A stretch of 63,886 nucleotides of DNA, counting the filler, from Octopus bimaculoides (Eukaryota), in NCBI RefSeq assembly GCF_001194135.2. It is 6 parts of 5 records of this genome, joined end to end, with 100 filler letters (N's around TTAATTAATTAA, not from the genome) between each part and the next. Parts side by side here need not be neighbours in the genome. Positions count along the whole stretch, not along the records: positions 55,884 to 62,372 come from NC_069000.1; positions 62,473 to 63,886 come from NW_026422309.1; 4 more parts are not named here. The stretch is one strand, 5' to 3'. The translations under genes and the position numbers were made by a program. Numbering within the stretch: the first letter of the stretch is position 1; each line of letters opens with the position of its first letter. The notes under the pieces are model-generated. The model was not told the DNA's origin. It searched no databases and was given only the letters and a program-made list of their open reading frames with translations. Of this stretch, positions 61,359-63,886 are shown piece after piece.

Positions 61359-61850
61359 CGGAATAACCTTGCATATGCTTGTCCCACCTGCAACAAACGA
61401 GGTAGACCACCTACCATTACCTCAGCATACAAAAAGACCCGCTGTGAACGCTGGCATGGCTGGACGAAACCAAACCACCCACCTTCAGATGCACGCGACA
61501 TCAGAACTACTATCGCACACGCTATTGGTGTCAGCCTTAGAACCACACTTAAAAATCATATTTTTAAGTTCAACAACAAACTGTATAAACAGGAGAAAGG
61601 CGGTGCTATTGGAGTAGGGATCGCCGGTGATGTTGCTAATCTCTTCATGGTATGGTGGGACAGAAAATTTAAACAGTGCTTAGCGACCCGTAACATCCAC
61701 TTAGCTATGTATTCTCGATACGTCGACCACATTAACCTTGTCGTGAAATGTAATAATGATACAAATACACATACAGATATGAACACTCCCCTAAATGAGG
61801 AACAGAGGATGACAGCTATACAACACATGGCTGACTCTATCCATATATGT
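61359..61850 (+). mobile_element. Divergent Penelope-like reverse transcriptase fragment (YVDD mutated to YVDH)
   Basis: Open frame CPTCNKRGRPPTITS...RWHGW.KP...LKNHIFKFNNKLYKQEKGGAIGVGIAGDVANLFMVWWDRKF...YSRYVDHINLVV. The His codon CAC is at 61728-61730. Confidence 0.88.
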
Positions 61851-61863
61851 ATGTATTCATATA

Positions 61864-61917
<54 letters not shown>

Positions 61918-62048
61918 CATTTATCAATACAGATATAGAGTGAAGCAATTTTTGTTGAACCCTAATTATAATTATGCATATGATTATAAAACTTTTGCAT
62001 GTATATATATATATATATATATATAAGCATAATTAAGGGATCAGCATG

Positions 62049-62079
<31 letters not shown>

Positions 62080-62142
62080 GGATGTATATATGTGTATATA
62101 TATAAATATATATAAATATATATATATACGTATGTGTGTGTC

Positions 62143-62372
62143 ATCATCATCATCATCATCGTTTAACGTCCGCTTTCCATGCTAGCATGGGTTGGACGAT
62201 TTGACTGAGGACTGGTGAAACCGGATGGCAACACCAGGCTCCAGTCTGATTTGGCAGAGTTTCTACAGCTGGATGCCCTTCCTAACGCCAACCACTCAGA
62301 GAGTGTAGTGGGTGCTTTTACGTGTCACCCGCACGAAAACGGCCACGCTCGAAATGGTGTCTTTTATGTGCC
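62143..62372 (-). mobile_element. SINE/LINE-tail family D with (GAT)n tail
   Basis: (CAT)n cgtttaacgtccgctttccatgctagcatgggttggacg...ctacagctggatgcccttcc. The same family occurs at 9597-9950 (minus) and 8053-8191 (plus). Confidence 0.8.
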
Positions 62373-62472
62373 NNNNNNNNNNNNNNNNNNNNNNNNNNNN
62401 NNNNNNNNNNNNNNNNTTAATTAATTAANNNNNNNNNNNNNNNNNNNNNNNNNNNNNNNNNNNNNNNNNNNN
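62373..62472. other. Artificial scaffold linker
   Basis: 44 N + TTAATTAATTAA + 44 N. Confidence 0.95.
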
Positions 62473-63721
62473 TGTTACACTTGAGACTGTTCAAAATTGG
62501 TAGGCCCCAAAAATCTAAGCTATGAGCATTAAATTTTTGGAAGAATGCGGGCGAATATGTGCGACAACATGGACAAAAAAACCCCGAGAAAATGGAGAAA
62601 ATGTTACACGATTACAAATACAAACAACAAGAATAACAACAGGTGTCTATCGACTAAAAGGGCAAGTTACGTTAAGCTGGTGTGTGAAGTGGAAGCCTTA
62701 CGGCAACAAGCATAGATGAAAGTCAGGAGACAGGAAAAATAAGGTGTTGTGCGAGCGGCGGTCAGGCCAAGAAAGAAAGATCATGCTTGGCCGAGCACCT
62801 GTTACGTGGGAGGAACAGAGAGAGGTAGGGAGCAGAAGGATTGAAGAAATAGGGAAGGAACTAGAGAGAGAGCATGAGAGGGGAAAGGTACAAGGAAGAT
62901 AACAGAAGAAAGTAAAGAGGGGAATGAAAAAAAGAAAAGAGGAAAGAAAGCAGAAAGTCGTACAAACATATATATATATATATATAAAATCATGAATGAA
63001 AGATTTAAACTTTATATAACTTACATCGTAATAAAACAATTAGCTATATTGTAAAACATTTTAATGAACGTTAAATTCTAAGTAATTCTAAATTCTAAAT
63101 AATAAGACTAAGAAACATAACTTAAATAATATATATGAAATAAGCTAAAATACTATTATTGATTTAATTAAAATATTTATATTATTAATCTTATACAAAT
63201 CATAGTGTCATTATAATATTAAATCCTTAAACTCACTAAAATATTAACGTACCAATAAATACACAATCAATAAATATAAATTATAACTACTACATTTAGT
63301 AAAGAAGGAATAGTATAAACAAACACACACTCACATACACACACACCTATATATATATATATATATACATAGGTAAAGTAAAAGTTAGAGGCAACACTTG
63401 ACAATTGTAAGCACCTGTGTATGCCAGCTCGTGGTTGAGGTGTAAGAATAAATTGTAAATCCAAAAAATAACAACAAAAACACAAAGGATTCTGCGGTAC
63501 ACGTGTTTCAAGCTTTATATCAGTGTATTATTTACAATACAAAGCTATCTTCAGCCGTAAAAATATTTCTCTCCCAAGAAATTATATCACATCGGCGTTA
63601 AAGGAGGAAGAAAGGTGCGATATAAGAGGTGAAGTTCCTTTCGGTATTTTGCATTGTACTATACCTCGTATAATTCTCCATTTACACATAATTTCCTCGG
63701 TACTCCGAAAACCGTCCATAC

Positions 63722-63823
63722 CTTGCCACGATTCAGTGTGTAGTGTTAAGTTGGTGGTTAAGAACAATACAATAAAATGACAAAACGAAATAACAATATA
63801 AAATAAAACGGGAATATAAAATC
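63722..63823 (-). CDS. Candidate hydrophobic (TM-like) exon
   Basis: Long polypyrimidine acceptor (tttctttttcttttcttttctgctcAG), donor AAG|GTATGG, 102-nt phase 1-1 open frame FYIPVLFYIVISFCHFIVLFLTTNLTLHTESWQ. Confidence 0.35.
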
Positions 63824-63886
63824 CTGAGCAGAAAAGAAAAGAAAAAGAAATACACAGATATTCATGTAAAAATAAAAATAAACTTA

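Overview
This is AT-rich, repeat-dense animal DNA. The tRNA-derived SINE families and the very high microsatellite load point to a coleoid cephalopod such as Octopus (inference). The window is not one contiguous locus. Five identical 100-nt linkers (44 N + TTAATTAATTAA + 44 N) join six assembly pieces: 1-7952, 8053-20298, 20399-45927, 46028-55783, 55884-62372 and 62473-63886. There are also ordinary N gaps. Almost all long ORFs in the supplied track are artefacts of N runs or microsatellites. The one securely identifiable host coding feature, missed by the ORF track, is an intact 156-nt phase 1-1 exon (6087-6242, minus) encoding the zinc-binding HELGHSFGLGH motif and Met-turn of a matrix metalloproteinase, with an unusual Cys pair around the S1' pocket. 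A second candidate gene of 3-4 phase-compatible exons (53251-55226, minus) may encode a beta-grasp-like N-terminus, and a few single-exon candidates are weaker. The rest is mobile DNA: three distinct Penelope-like elements (one with intact RT and GIY-YIG frames and hammerhead-like terminal motifs), two restriction-endonuclease-type non-LTR remnants (CRE-like, HERO-like), CR1/Jockey-like and RTE LINE remnants, an APE endonuclease ORF start, a Helitron 3' end, mariner, Tigger and hAT derivatives, several foldback hairpins and four SINE families. I found no rRNA, true tRNA gene, CRISPR array or prokaryotic system. I cannot claim a demonstrably new biological system. The best leads are the A6U-variant minimal hammerhead motif in Penelope-type termini, the Cys-substituted MMP active-site exon and the unannotated multi-exon gene.
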